Assembly (NCBI GenBank): GCA_016290095.1
Contig: JAEESU010000025.1
Coordinates: 8,161 to 72,160 of the forward strand
Direction of reading: 5' to 3'
DNA: 64,000 nt
DNA from: Clostridia bacterium
GTDB taxonomy: Bacteria; Bacillota; Clostridia; TANB77; CAG-508
Position numbers and translations under genes: made by a program. Below are positions 1-9,940 of the stretch, in pieces. The notes beneath the pieces are model-generated. The model saw nothing but the letters and a program-made list of their open reading frames with translations. It ran no database searches and was not told the origin of the DNA. How positions within the stretch are numbered: position 1 is the first letter of the stretch; each line of letters opens with the position of its first letter.

Positions 1-767
1 GAAAAGCACTTCAATCAGGAACATCACACTATTTTGGCCAAAACTTTACGAAACCATTTGAAATCAAATTCCAAAATAGAGATGGTAAAGAAGAGTATGC
101 TTATCAAACATCTTGGGGAATTAGTACAAGATTAATTGGTGCAATCATTATGGCACATGGAGATAATAGAGGACTAAAAATGCCACCAAAAGTTGCTCCA
201 ATTCAAGTTGTAATTGTTCCAGTAGCACAACATAAAGAGGGCGTTTTAGAAAAGGCAAATGAATTATTTGTAAACCTAAAGAAAAATTATAGAGTAAAGC
301 TTGATGATAGAGATAACGTATCTAATGGCTATAAATTCAATGATTGGGAAATGAGAGGAGTACCAATTAGATTAGAAATAGGACCAAGAGATATTGAAAA
401 TGGTGTATGTGTATTATGTAGAAGAGATACAGCAGAAAAAGTTACTATAGAACTAGATAAAATAGATGAAGCGATTGAGAAAATGCTAGAAGATATTCAT
501 AATAATATGTACAAAATTTGTAAAGAACGTTTAAAAGATAGAACAACATCTGTTACAACTCTAGATGAGTTCATAGAGCAAATTGATAAAAAACAAGGCT
601 TTATTAAAGGAATGTTTTGTGGAGATCCAGCTTGTGAAGAGAAATTAAAAGATCTAACAGCAGCTAAATCAAGATGTATTCCAAAAGAACAAGAAAATTT
701 AAGCGATAAATGCTTTATATGTGGAAGGCCTGCCAAACAGATGGTTATATGGGGAAGACAATATTAA
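1..767 (+). CDS. proS: prolyl-tRNA synthetase, C-terminal part (5' end outside window; codon phase begins at nt 3)
   Basis: Frame is open from the window edge (..QTSWGISTRLIGAIIMAHGDNRGL..). The C-terminal domain ends in a terminal Tyr, as in archaeal/eukaryal-type class IIa ProRS. Confidence 0.85.
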   Translation, partial: KALQSGTSHYFGQNFTKPFEIKFQNRDGKEEYAYQTSWGISTRLIGAIIMAHGDNRGLKMPPKVAPIQVVIVPVAQHKEGVLEKANELFVNLKKNYRVKLDDRDNVSNGYKFNDWEMRGVPIRLEIGPRDIENGVCVLCRRDTAEKVTIELDKIDEAIEKMLEDIHNNMYKICKERLKDRTTSVTTLDEFIEQIDKKQGFIKGMFCGDPACEEKLKDLTAAKSRCIPKEQENLSDKCFICGRPAKQMVIWGRQY

Positions 768-770
768 TAT

Positions 771-802
771 AAAAAGATGCGTAAATTAATACGCATCTTT
801 TT
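771..802. terminator. bidirectional intrinsic terminator between convergent proS and the HD-GYP gene
   Basis: Stem AAAAAGATGCGTA / TACGCATCTTTTT with loop AAATTA; A-run on one side and T-run on the other. Confidence 0.7.
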
Positions 803-1722
803 TATATTCTTAATTTTCTTATTTTTTTAACTTCTTCATAAAGTAGAGTAACGTTTTCTTGCCTTGCTTTTAGGGCTTCTTTAAATTCTTCTAACATTTC
901 TGGAATTTTATCAGGTTCTTCCTGTGCTTTTAAATAGCATTTAATTTCTTCTCTATAATAATCTTTTTGTTCTTCTTTAGAAGCTTTTTCCATTTTTTTA
1001 TAGTATTTCATAGCTGAGTTAATTCTTCTAATTTCTTCTTTAAGGAAAGAAATATATTTTTCTTTAGATACAATTTCAAATTCTGTATCATCAATTACAA
1101 CTTTAAATAAAGCTTTTAATATTTTTGGATTTATTTTACCATATCTACTTTTAACCCCATCTTTTGATGGAAAAGGTGTAGCATTTTCTATCATGATTTT
1201 TAATGCATCTACAACACCTATGTGGCTTTTATACTGCCTTTTAGAGGTTATAGCATCAAATTCATCTGCAACTCTGATAATTTGAGCTTCATAAGGAATA
1301 TCTTCTTTTTTTACTCCATTAGGATATCCAGTGCCATTTAATGCTTCATGATGATATAAAGCTCCCAAGGCAAATGGCCTCAATTTTGGATCATTCATAC
1401 AAATTTTATAGCCTATTGTTGTATGTGTTTTCATTACTTCAAATTCTTCATCAGTTAATTTTGAAGGCTTTTGTAATATTGATGGTGGGATAAACATTTT
1501 ACCAACATCATGTAAATAAGCACAAGTTGTACAATACACTAAAAATGGCTTTGCTAAATGAAGCTTTTCACATAATCTACAAGTAACATTAGCAACATTT
1601 TCAGAGTGCCTTAATGTAAATGCATCTAATCCATCTAGTGCTTTTAATTGATATCTAATAGATTCATTTAAGTTATAAGATTTGATTGCTGTACTATCAT
1701 AAAAATCAAAAGTTTCTTTCAT
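802..1722 (-). CDS. HD-GYP domain protein (putative cyclic-di-GMP phosphodiesterase)
   Basis: Motifs LHDVGK and HHEALNGTGYP. Confidence 0.8.
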   Translation of the reverse strand: MKETFDFYDSTAIKSYNLNESIRYQLKALDGLDAFTLRHSENVANVTCRLCEKLHLAKPFLVYCTTCAYLHDVGKMFIPPSILQKPSKLTDEEFEVMKTHTTIGYKICMNDPKLRPFALGALYHHEALNGTGYPNGVKKEDIPYEAQIIRVADEFDAITSKRQYKSHIGVVDALKIMIENATPFPSKDGVKSRYGKINPKILKALFKVVIDDTEFEIVSKEKYISFLKEEIRRINSAMKYYKKMEKASKEEQKDYYREEIKCYLKAQEEPDKIPEMLEEFKEALKARQENVTLLYEEVKKIRKLRI

Positions 1723-1879
1723 AATATACTCCTCTTTTGTAAGCTACTATTATTTTATATCTTAATTTATTTTTTTTCAAGTAAAATACTAGGGAAAATT
1801 AAAATTTAAGCCTTGAAAAATGATTTAAAATATAATAAGATGTTAAATGTTAAAAATGTCGAAATTAGAGGAATATGAG

Positions 1880-4800
1880 ATGTATTTAAAACGCTTAGAG
1901 ATGCATGGCTTTAAGTCTTTTGCTGACAAAACTGTATTAGATTTTATGCCAGGAATTACAACAGTAATTGGACCAAATGGTTCAGGAAAAAGTAATATAG
2001 CAGATTGTATCAGATGGGTTTTAGGTGAACAAAGCTTAAAATCATTAAGAGGATCTAAATCAGAAGATATTATTTTCTCAGGAACTCAAAACAGAAAGCC
2101 TTTAGGATATGCTGAGGCTTCTATTGTGATTGATAATCAAGATGGAAAACTTCCAATAGAATATAATGAGGTAATTGTTACAAGAAGAATTTATAGGAAT
2201 GGTGAAACTGGCTATTTTATCAATAAAACACCTTGTAGATTAAAAGATGTTTTAGAATTGTTTATGGATACAGGTATAGGCAAAGATGGATATTCTATAA
2301 TAGGACAGGGTAAAATCGATGAGATTCTAAGCAATAAATCTGAAGATAGAAGACATATTTTTGAAGAGGCTGCTGGAATAGTAAAATTTAGAACTAGAAA
2401 GGTAGAATCAGAGAAAAAATTAGAGCAAACAAAATTAAATTTGCTTAGAATAAATGATATTATTTCTGAAATAGAAAACAATATTGAGCCTTTAAAAATG
2501 CAGTCAGAAAAAGCCAAAAAGTTTTTAAGTTTAAGAGATGAACTTAAAAATATTGAAGTTGGATTGTTTTTATATAATATCGAGAATTACAAAAAACAAA
2601 TAGAAGAAACTATGGAAAATATTGATATTTTAGAAACACAAAAAGTAAGAGAAGAAGAAAGTCTTAATAATTCTCAATTAGAAAAAGAAGAATTAAAATT
2701 ATTAATAGATCAGTTAATAGAAGAAATAGAAAAAACTCAAAATTTAGGATTTGAAGGAAATCAAAGAAAAGAACAATATAATTCTGAAATTGCAATTTCT
2801 GAAGAAAGAATATCAAATAATAATGAAAATTATGAAAGATACAGAGTTGAAATTGAGGAATTAGAACAAAGAAATCGAGAATTAGAAGAAGAGAAAACTC
2901 AAAAAGAGGAAAAGAAAACAAGCTTATATACAAATAAAGAAAAATTCGAGAATGAATTAAAACAAAAAGAAGAAGAATTAGAAAAATATTCTAAAACATT
3001 GTCAGATAAAGAAGTTGAAATAGAAAGTAAAAAACAAATAGTACAAAATAATACTGATAAAAAATATGAAATTGTTGCGGATATTAATACAGAAAAAGCT
3101 AATTTTGATAACTTAGAAAAAAGAGAAAAATCATTAAAAAATGAAATACAAGAAACAATATCAGAATTAGATTCTACAAGAAGCACCAGAGAAGAAGCAT
3201 CAAGTTCATTTTATAATATTGAAAAGAGTAAAAATGAAATTACAAAATCAATTGATAGTATAAAAGAGAAAAAAGACGAATCTGCTCAAAAAATTAAAGA
3301 TTTTGAAATACATTTAAATAGCTATCAATCAGAATATAGAATTAAAGAATCTAGATATAAATTCTTAGTTGAGACTGAGAAAGAAAAAGAAGGATATAAT
3401 AAATCTGTTAAATCTTTATTAGAAGCTACAGAAAGAGATAGTAGCTTAGCTAAAGGTGTACATGGAGTGCTTGCTAATTTAATTGTTGTTGAAGAAGAAT
3501 ATGAAACAGCAATTGAAATGGCTCTTGGTGCTCAAATTCAAAATATTGTTACAGATAATGAAGAAAATGCTAAAAAATTAGTAAATTATTTAAGAGATAA
3601 TAAATTAGGAAGAGCATCTTTCTTACCAATTAGTGCTGTAAAAGGACAAAAATTGACAGGTGTAAATTATAGAGGTGTAGATGGAGTAATAGGCATTGCA
3701 TCTGATTTGATTAAGTATGACAGGAAATATGAAGGCATTATTTTAAATTTATTAGGAAGAACAGTTATTGTAGATGATATTGATAATAGTATAAAACTTG
3801 CAAGACAAAATAATTATAAATTTAAAATTGTAACATTAAAAGGAGATGTTATAAATCCTTCTGGAGCAATTAGTGGTGGATCTATTGCACCTAAAACTGT
3901 CAGCATATTAGGTAGAGAAAAAGAAATAAAATCATTAGAAAAAGAATTAGAAAATATTAAACAAAAGATTCAAAAAGTTGAAGAAGAAAAAGAAGAATAT
4001 GAAGGAAGTATATCTGAAATTCTTTCGTCATTTGATAATAAACAAAAAGAAGCTCAAAGCTTAGAAATTGTTTATGCAACAGAAAAACAAAAAATAGATA
4101 ATTTTGATTTGGAAATAACAAAATTAGAAGCAAAACTTGCAAAATTAAGAGAAGATGTTGAAAATACTAAAAAAGAAAAAGAAGAAAATACAAAAAGACA
4201 AGAAGAGTTTAATCTTCAAGTTGCTAAAATGGATGAAGAAAATGCAGAATTAGGAAAAGTAATTGAAGAGTTTACTATTCTTAACAAAGATAATCAAAAA
4301 TACATTGATGATTTGAATTTTGATATAACAAATTTAAAAATATCTGTATCATCATTTGATGAAAGCGAAGTTTCTATTAATGAAATGATGGCAAGAATTG
4401 ATGTTGATATTCAAAATAATATTACAAATATTGATAATAAAAAACAGTCAAGAGAAAAAATAATACAAGATAATCAAGAGTTAGAAATTAAAATAGAAGA
4501 GACAAAGCAGAAAATAATTGAACTTGAAAAAGAAATATTAGGAAGCACAGAAAAAATTCAAAAATTAAAAGATGAAAGACAAGTCAAAAATGATAAATTA
4601 GTTGCTATTGAAACAGAAATAACTGATCAAACAGGAAAATTAGATGAATTAAAAGAACAAATTTCAAAACTTGATTTAAAAAAATCAAAGATAGAACTAG
4701 ATTTAGACCAAGTAGTAAATAAGATGTGGGAAGATTATGAACTTACTCCAAATACTGTAACAGATATAGAAAAAGCCGAAAATCCACAAAGTGTTCAAAG

Positions 4801-5428
4801 AAAAGTTAATTCTTTAAGAAAAGAAATTAAAGATTTAGGAAGCATTAATATTGATTCGATTAAAGAATATAAAGAAACAAAAGATAGATATGACTTCATG
4901 TGTGAACAAAGATTAGATTTAGAAGACTCAAGTACTAAACTAAGAAAAGTAATTAGTGAAATGACTGAAACAATGAAAGAACAATTTGCAGAACAGTTTA
5001 AAGTAATTAATAAAAATTTTGGCGAAGTATTTTCAGAACTATTTGGTGGTGGAAAAGCAGAATTAATTCTTACTGATGAATCAAACATATTAGAATGTGG
5101 AATTGAAATTGCAGTTCAACCACCTGGAAAGAAATTGCAAAATATGATGCTTTTATCTGGTGGAGAAAGAGCATTTACTGCAATAGCATTATTATTTGCA
5201 ATTCTAAAAATAAATCCTGCTCCATTCTGTGTACTTGACGAAATTGAGGCAGCATTAGATGATGTTAATGTTTATAGATTTGCAGAATATTTAAAGAAGT
5301 TTGCGGACAAATCACAGTTTTTAGTAATAACACATAGAAAAGGAACAATGGAAGCAGCAGATACTGTATATGGCATAACTATGGAAGAAAAAGGTATTAG
5401 TAAACTATTGTCTATGAAACTAAAATAA
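1880..5428 (+). CDS. smc: chromosome segregation protein SMC
   Basis: Walker A GPNGSGKSN, long coiled coils, a hinge, signature LSGGERAFTA and Walker B CVLDEIEAALD. Start moved from 1847 to ATG 1880 (MYLKRLEMHGFKSF) behind a GAGGA SD. Confidence 0.93.
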   Translation: MYLKRLEMHGFKSFADKTVLDFMPGITTVIGPNGSGKSNIADCIRWVLGEQSLKSLRGSKSEDIIFSGTQNRKPLGYAEASIVIDNQDGKLPIEYNEVIVTRRIYRNGETGYFINKTPCRLKDVLELFMDTGIGKDGYSIIGQGKIDEILSNKSEDRRHIFEEAAGIVKFRTRKVESEKKLEQTKLNLLRINDIISEIENNIEPLKMQSEKAKKFLSLRDELKNIEVGLFLYNIENYKKQIEETMENIDILETQKVREEESLNNSQLEKEELKLLIDQLIEEIEKTQNLGFEGNQRKEQYNSEIAISEERISNNNENYERYRVEIEELEQRNRELEEEKTQKEEKKTSLYTNKEKFENELKQKEEELEKYSKTLSDKEVEIESKKQIVQNNTDKKYEIVADINTEKANFDNLEKREKSLKNEIQETISELDSTRSTREEASSSFYNIEKSKNEITKSIDSIKEKKDESAQKIKDFEIHLNSYQSEYRIKESRYKFLVETEKEKEGYNKSVKSLLEATERDSSLAKGVHGVLANLIVVEEEYETAIEMALGAQIQNIVTDNEENAKKLVNYLRDNKLGRASFLPISAVKGQKLTGVNYRGVDGVIGIASDLIKYDRKYEGIILNLLGRTVIVDDIDNSIKLARQNNYKFKIVTLKGDVINPSGAISGGSIAPKTVSILGREKEIKSLEKELENIKQKIQKVEEEKEEYEGSISEILSSFDNKQKEAQSLEIVYATEKQKIDNFDLEITKLEAKLAKLREDVENTKKEKEENTKRQEEFNLQVAKMDEENAELGKVIEEFTILNKDNQKYIDDLNFDITNLKISVSSFDESEVSINEMMARIDVDIQNNITNIDNKKQSREKIIQDNQELEIKIEETKQKIIELEKEILGSTEKIQKLKDERQVKNDKLVAIETEITDQTGKLDELKEQISKLDLKKSKIELDLDQVVNKMWEDYELTPNTVTDIEKAENPQSVQRKVNSLRKEIKDLGSINIDSIKEYKETKDRYDFMCEQRLDLEDSSTKLRKVISEMTETMKEQFAEQFKVINKNFGEVFSELFGGGKAELILTDESNILECGIEIAVQPPGKKLQNMMLLSGGERAFTAIALLFAILKINPAPFCVLDEIEAALDDVNVYRFAEYLKKFADKSQFLVITHRKGTMEAADTVYGITMEEKGISKLLSMKLK

Positions 5429-5622
5429 AAAGTGGAGAGACTTTTTTAAAAAACATAAAAAAATGGACCTTTAGTGGTAGAAAAAAATACGATGCAAAAA
5501 TTGAGTGCATAGAAAAAAAGAGGAAAAAAGAGAAAAAAAGATTTTAGCAAAGTAAACGATGAATTTTAATACTGTGGCAAACAAAAATAGCTATTAAAAT
5601 TAAGATAATAAATAAAAATAAG

Positions 5623-5652
5623 AAAAAAAGTGCTTGAAAGGGCACTTTTTTT
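5623..5652 (+). terminator. hairpin plus T-run at the end of the A-rich spacer after smc
   Basis: AAAAAAAGTGC-ttgaaagg-GCACTTTTTTT. Confidence 0.45.
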
Positions 5653-5700
5653 ATAGTATAATAGAATTTAGTGGCGCAATTTTGAAAGCTAAAAAGGAGA

Positions 5701-6804
5701 GTGAATTTTATTTTAGTGAATTGGGTTAAATATTACACAAGAGAAGCTTTTAAAACCCTAAAAGTTGTAACAGTTGGTTCTGCTATAATTGTATCAGTTG
5801 CCTTTATAAAATATAGACCAGTATACAAAGTCACTTTATCAGGAGAAACAATAGGTTACATAGAAAACAAAGAATCAATAGAAGAAAATATTGAGAAGTA
5901 TTTAGATGATACTACTGGAAATATTGCTTTTAGAGAAATAGCAGCTATGCCAGAGTATGAATTTAAACTTGTTAATAGGGCTGAAAATGTAAGTGAAAAG
6001 GATGTTGTGTTAGCAGTTCAAGACACAATTACTACTACATATAAAACATATGGAATCACAGTAGATGGAGAACAAAAAGTAGTTGTTGGTAGTCAAGATG
6101 AAGCTGAAAAAATAATTAATGAATTAAATGAAGATTTAAATAAAAATATAGATTTAAAATTAGGTGTTGTAGAAGTATTTTCTACAGAACTAACTTTAAA
6201 TTCTGAAGATGAAGCCAAAGGTACTTTAGGAGAAATAAAAACAGCTAAAGTAAAAGAGTATGAAGAAGCAGTTGCAAAAGAAAAGGCAGCTAAAGCTGCA
6301 GCTAGAGCAAAAGCAAAAGCATTAGCGTTGGCACAAGCTCAGGCTCAGGCTCAAGCTCAAGCACAAGATGAAACACAAGGTATAGAAGGAGCTGTGGAAG
6401 TTGCAGCAGCACCAGTAAGTGCTGGACCAATTTCTTTTATTCAACCAGTTAGTGGTTCAATATCTTCAAGATATGGCTCAAGAAGTTCAGTTAGATCAAG
6501 TGTACATACTGGATTAGATATTGCTTGTCCACAAGGAACAACAATTGTAGCAGCAGCATCAGGAGTGGTTACTTTTGCAGGATATAATGGTTCTTATGGA
6601 AATTTAATTAAAATAGATCACGGAAATGGATCAGAAACATGGTATGCACACTGTAGTGCAATATATGTTTCAGCTGGACAATCAGTTGCAACAGGTAGTG
6701 CAATTGGAGCTGTAGGTCAAACAGGAAATGCAACAGGACCACATTTACACTTAGAAATAAGAATTGGTGGTGCACCAGTTAATCCACAAAATTATTTATA
6801 TTAA
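5701..6804 (+). CDS. M23 family metallopeptidase with N-terminal membrane anchor
   Basis: GTG start after AAGGAGA. C-terminal M23 motifs HTGLDIA and GPHLHLEIR. Confidence 0.85.
   Translation: MNFILVNWVKYYTREAFKTLKVVTVGSAIIVSVAFIKYRPVYKVTLSGETIGYIENKESIEENIEKYLDDTTGNIAFREIAAMPEYEFKLVNRAENVSEKDVVLAVQDTITTTYKTYGITVDGEQKVVVGSQDEAEKIINELNEDLNKNIDLKLGVVEVFSTELTLNSEDEAKGTLGEIKTAKVKEYEEAVAKEKAAKAAARAKAKALALAQAQAQAQAQAQDETQGIEGAVEVAAAPVSAGPISFIQPVSGSISSRYGSRSSVRSSVHTGLDIACPQGTTIVAAASGVVTFAGYNGSYGNLIKIDHGNGSETWYAHCSAIYVSAGQSVATGSAIGAVGQTGNATGPHLHLEIRIGGAPVNPQNYLY
6331..6366 (+). repeat. in-frame (GCN-CAR)6 hexanucleotide repeat encoding AQAQAQAQAQAQ
   Basis: gcacaagctcaggctcaggctcaagctcaagcacaa, read directly inside the M23 peptidase gene. 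Confidence 0.9.
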
Positions 6805-6815
6805 TAAAAAATATT

Positions 6816-6848
6816 AAACGGACTTATAATTCTTAAGTCCGTTTTTTA
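6816..6848 (+). terminator. intrinsic terminator of the M23 peptidase gene
   Basis: AAACGGACTTA / TAAGTCCGTTT stem followed by a T-run. Confidence 0.8.
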
Positions 6849-6955
6849 TGTGCAAGTATTATTTCTTTTTAGTAACATCAGCCAAATTTATTGACAAAAA
6901 ACGCATTTTAATGTAAATATAAAGTATATAAATATATTTATAAGGAGTGAATAAA

Positions 6956-7342
6956 ATGGAAGAAGCAAATGAAGAGAAAGTAGAAGTTACAGCAGAAAAT
7001 ACTAATACAAATACTACAACTAATAGTACAAATAATAATACAACTAATAATACAACTAATCATACAGAAGTAAGTAAGAAAAATAGATTAACAGCAATGG
7101 TTCTATGTATACTATTAGGATTTTTCGGTGTACATCGTTTATATGCTGGAAAACTTGGAACAGGATTTCTAATGCTTTATGGAACAATAGTATCAATTGC
7201 AGTTCTTATGGCAAATATTCCAATAGGATTAATGTGTCTTGTTACAATGGGCGCTTTTGTAGCAAATGATTTGGCTGTATTAGCATTTGGTCAATTTATG
7301 GATTGCTATGGAAAAACAATGTCAAGTAACGAACTTCATTAA
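6956..7342 (+). CDS. TM2 domain-containing membrane protein with Asn/Thr-rich N-terminus
   Basis: AAGGAG SD before ATG 6956. TM2-type motif LLGFFGVHRLYAGK. Confidence 0.75.
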   Translation: MEEANEEKVEVTAENTNTNTTTNSTNNNTTNNTTNHTEVSKKNRLTAMVLCILLGFFGVHRLYAGKLGTGFLMLYGTIVSIAVLMANIPIGLMCLVTMGAFVANDLAVLAFGQFMDCYGKTMSSNELH

Positions 7343-7373
7343 TAATATATATAAAGTTTTTTAGGAGGTTTAT

Positions 7374-8141
7374 ATGGACGAGGAAGAAAAGAAAAACTCA
7401 GAAGAAAAAAATGAACCTGTAGAAGGAACAGTAATAGAAGAAACTGTCCAAGAAGAAACTAAAGAAGAAGTAAAAAAAGAAAAAAGTAAAATTTCAGAAG
7501 AAGCAGAAAACATAAAAAATGAAACTAAAGAAACTGTAAACAAAGTAAAAGATACAATAAAAAACACAGATTTCAAAAAAGATGCTAATGAAACAACAAG
7601 TTTTGTTAAAGATATGTTTTCAAATCCTATTGATGCAGTAAAAAGAGCAGCAAGTGAAGAAAACATTATTGGAAAAGTAATAATTCTTATGATGGTTTTC
7701 ATTGTAGCAAATGTAATAGGAACAATAATATCATTATTAAAATATAGTGAATTATTTAGTTTAGGACATAATCTTTTAAGATTTATTTTATCATTCTTAA
7801 GACCAGTAGTTGCAGTATTGGTTCCATCAATTGTTATTTTCTTATTCAATAGAGAAAATAAGAAAAAACTTACAACAGTTATTTCAACAGTTGTTGTAGC
7901 TTATATACCAAGAATAATAAATTCAATATTATTAATATTAGATTTATTAATTGCAAAAATAACACTAGTAACAACACCTATCGAAACAGCATTAGTTGCA
8001 GTATCAATGATACTAGGATATTTTGGAGTAAAAGAATTATTTGGTAAAGATGATAATACTGAAATGTTAAAGAAATATGCAATAATATTATTTATATCTG
8101 AGCTAGTACTTGTAGTTCTTAATGAAATAGGAATTTATTAA
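7374..8141 (+). CDS. hypothetical multi-pass membrane protein with Lys/Glu-rich N-terminus
   Basis: AGGAGG SD upstream. Several hydrophobic segments. No family recognised. Confidence 0.6.
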   Translation: MDEEEKKNSEEKNEPVEGTVIEETVQEETKEEVKKEKSKISEEAENIKNETKETVNKVKDTIKNTDFKKDANETTSFVKDMFSNPIDAVKRAASEENIIGKVIILMMVFIVANVIGTIISLLKYSELFSLGHNLLRFILSFLRPVVAVLVPSIVIFLFNRENKKKLTTVISTVVVAYIPRIINSILLILDLLIAKITLVTTPIETALVAVSMILGYFGVKELFGKDDNTEMLKKYAIILFISELVLVVLNEIGIY

Positions 8142-8145
8142 TCTT

Positions 8146-8181
8146 AAAAAAACGATATAGTAATCTATATCGTTTTTTTAT
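8146..8181 (+). terminator. intrinsic terminator
   Basis: ACGATATAG-taat-CTATATCGT flanked by an A-run and a T-run. Confidence 0.8.
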
Positions 8182-8236
8182 TTTCACAAAAAAGACATAT
8201 ATGTATAATATAATTCCACCAGAGAGGAATAAAAAC

Positions 8237-8974
8237 ATGCAAGAAAGTATTAAAATTATAAAAGATAAAATTGTTGAAGTAAACTATATAGATAAAACAA
8301 TAGAAATAAGAAAAGATGAACAAGCAAAAATTGATGAGTATTGGAAAACAGTTTCAAAACAGTTTACAAGAGGACAAATATTTGTTGTAGACAATATAGA
8401 AGAAAAAGGAAATAATTTATTTATAAATATATTAAATAGTGATTATGCACATTATATCTTTGTTAGAAGAAATCCAGGAAAAGCTAGAGAATGTTATAAT
8501 TTATGGGCAGGAATTTTATTAGAAACACTTGACAACAAATATGTTATAGGAAAAATGTCAAGTATTACTTCTTCAGCAGGAGAATATCATATCTCAGGTG
8601 GTTCTTGTGATAAGAATGATGTTATAGCTGGTAAAATGGATTATGAAAATACAATGTATAGAGAGCTTGAAGAGGAAATGGGGATTACAAAAAATATTTT
8701 AAAAAATGTTGAAATGAAATATATGAAGAAAGCTTTTTTTACTGAACAAGATATAGGAATTATTTATAAAGCACTTGTTAATATGACATCTAATGAATTG
8801 GATAAATATTATAAAGAGTATTTGAACAAATTGAAGAATGAAAACGGTGAAATAGAATTTGATGAATTAGCATATATAGCTAATAACAAAGATGCTATAG
8901 AAGAGTTTTGCTTGTCAAGTAGGATTCCAGAATATACAAAAGAATTATTACTTAAAGATGTAAGCGAAAAATGA
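8237..8974 (+). CDS. NUDIX-family hydrolase
   Basis: Nudix-box-like GGSCDKNDVIAGKMDYENTMYRELEEEMGI. Start moved to ATG 8237 behind a GAGAGGA SD. Confidence 0.6.
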   Translation: MQESIKIIKDKIVEVNYIDKTIEIRKDEQAKIDEYWKTVSKQFTRGQIFVVDNIEEKGNNLFINILNSDYAHYIFVRRNPGKARECYNLWAGILLETLDNKYVIGKMSSITSSAGEYHISGGSCDKNDVIAGKMDYENTMYRELEEEMGITKNILKNVEMKYMKKAFFTEQDIGIIYKALVNMTSNELDKYYKEYLNKLKNENGEIEFDELAYIANNKDAIEEFCLSSRIPEYTKELLLKDVSEK

Positions 8975-9040
8975 GCCTTTTGGCTTGTTTTTTTTTGAGT
9001 TTTGCTATATAATTCTAAATCAGATGAGAGGAGAAAAATT

Positions 9041-9331
9041 ATGGCTATTGATAAAAATGAAGTAATTCATATTGCTAAACTTGCAGATCTAAATTTATCT
9101 GAAAATGAAATTGCAGGATACACAAAAGATATGCAAGAAATATTAGAATATGCAAACATGATTAATAATGTTAATACAGATTCTATGGAAGAAACTGTAT
9201 TAGTTGACAAAGAAAAATATAATGTTTTTAGAAAAGATGAAGTAAAAGAATTTAAGAATAAAGATTTATTAATGGAAAATGCACCAAGTAAAGAAGACGG
9301 AATGTTTAAAATTCCAAAATTTTTAAATTAG
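9041..9331 (+). CDS. gatC: Asp/Glu-tRNA amidotransferase subunit C
   Basis: MAIDKNEVIHIAKLADLNLSENEI.. and its position upstream of gatA/gatB. GAGAGGAG SD. Confidence 0.88.
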   Translation: MAIDKNEVIHIAKLADLNLSENEIAGYTKDMQEILEYANMINNVNTDSMEETVLVDKEKYNVFRKDEVKEFKNKDLLMENAPSKEDGMFKIPKFLN

Positions 9332-9343
9332 ATTGAGGAAGGT

Positions 9344-9940
9344 ATGATAATAGGAATAGATATAGATGACACAATTTCAGACACAACAGAAGTAATGTTT
9401 AATTGTTGTCAGAAATATATAGTAGAAGATTTAAAAAGAGAGCCATTAGTTCAAGACCAGGCAAAATTTACGCATCATTTCATAGAAGTTATTCATGGGT
9501 TAACTAGAGAAGAAACAGAGAGCTTTTTTAGAAAATATTATGAATATATAGTAGATCATGTAATTCCAAAAACATATTCAGTAGAATATCTTAAAAAGTT
9601 AAAAGAAGATGGAAACAAAATTGTATTAATAACAGCAAGATTTCCAATAAAAGAGTTTGATGTTATTGAATCAACAAAAAAATGGCTTGAAAAGTATAAT
9701 ATTCCATATGATGAAGCAATTTTTGATGCACAATCAAAAGTGGAAGCTGCCAAAAAAGAAAAAATAGATGTATTTATTGATGATAGCTATAAAAATTGCA
9801 AAGATATTTCAGAAAATGGAATAAAAGCATTTCTAATGGATTCAAGAGGCAATAGAGGTTTAGAACCAGAAGGTTTTGAAAGAGTGTATTCTTGGTCGCA
9901 TTTATATTATAAATTAAATGATAATGGAGGGAAAGTTTAA
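9344..9940 (+). CDS. HAD-superfamily hydrolase, 5'(3')-deoxyribonucleotidase (NT5C)-like
   Basis: Motif I IDIDDT at the N-terminus, ..IVLITAR.., ..DVFIDD.. Sits between gatC and gatA. Its stop overlaps the gatA ATG (TAATG). Confidence 0.65.
   Translation: MIIGIDIDDTISDTTEVMFNCCQKYIVEDLKREPLVQDQAKFTHHFIEVIHGLTREETESFFRKYYEYIVDHVIPKTYSVEYLKKLKEDGNKIVLITARFPIKEFDVIESTKKWLEKYNIPYDEAIFDAQSKVEAAKKEKIDVFIDDSYKNCKDISENGIKAFLMDSRGNRGLEPEGFERVYSWSHLYYKLNDNGGKV

Noticed and set aside
2550-4750. Highly repetitive-looking Lys/Glu-rich DNA in smc as a tandem repeat or CRISPR-like array.
   Set aside because: It is the coiled-coil coding region of SMC, with no regular repeat-spacer periodicity. No CRISPR repeats or cas genes occur anywhere in the window.
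7370-7849. Long antisense ORFs in the track (for example 7370-7849 -, 19643-20440 -, 37431-38060 -, 41342-41728 -, 59294-59695 -).
   Set aside because: They lie opposite genes with clear family motifs and SD sequences. They encode low-complexity Ser/Phe/Leu/Ile-rich strings typical of the reverse frame of Lys/Glu-rich AT-rich genes, and they have no SD.
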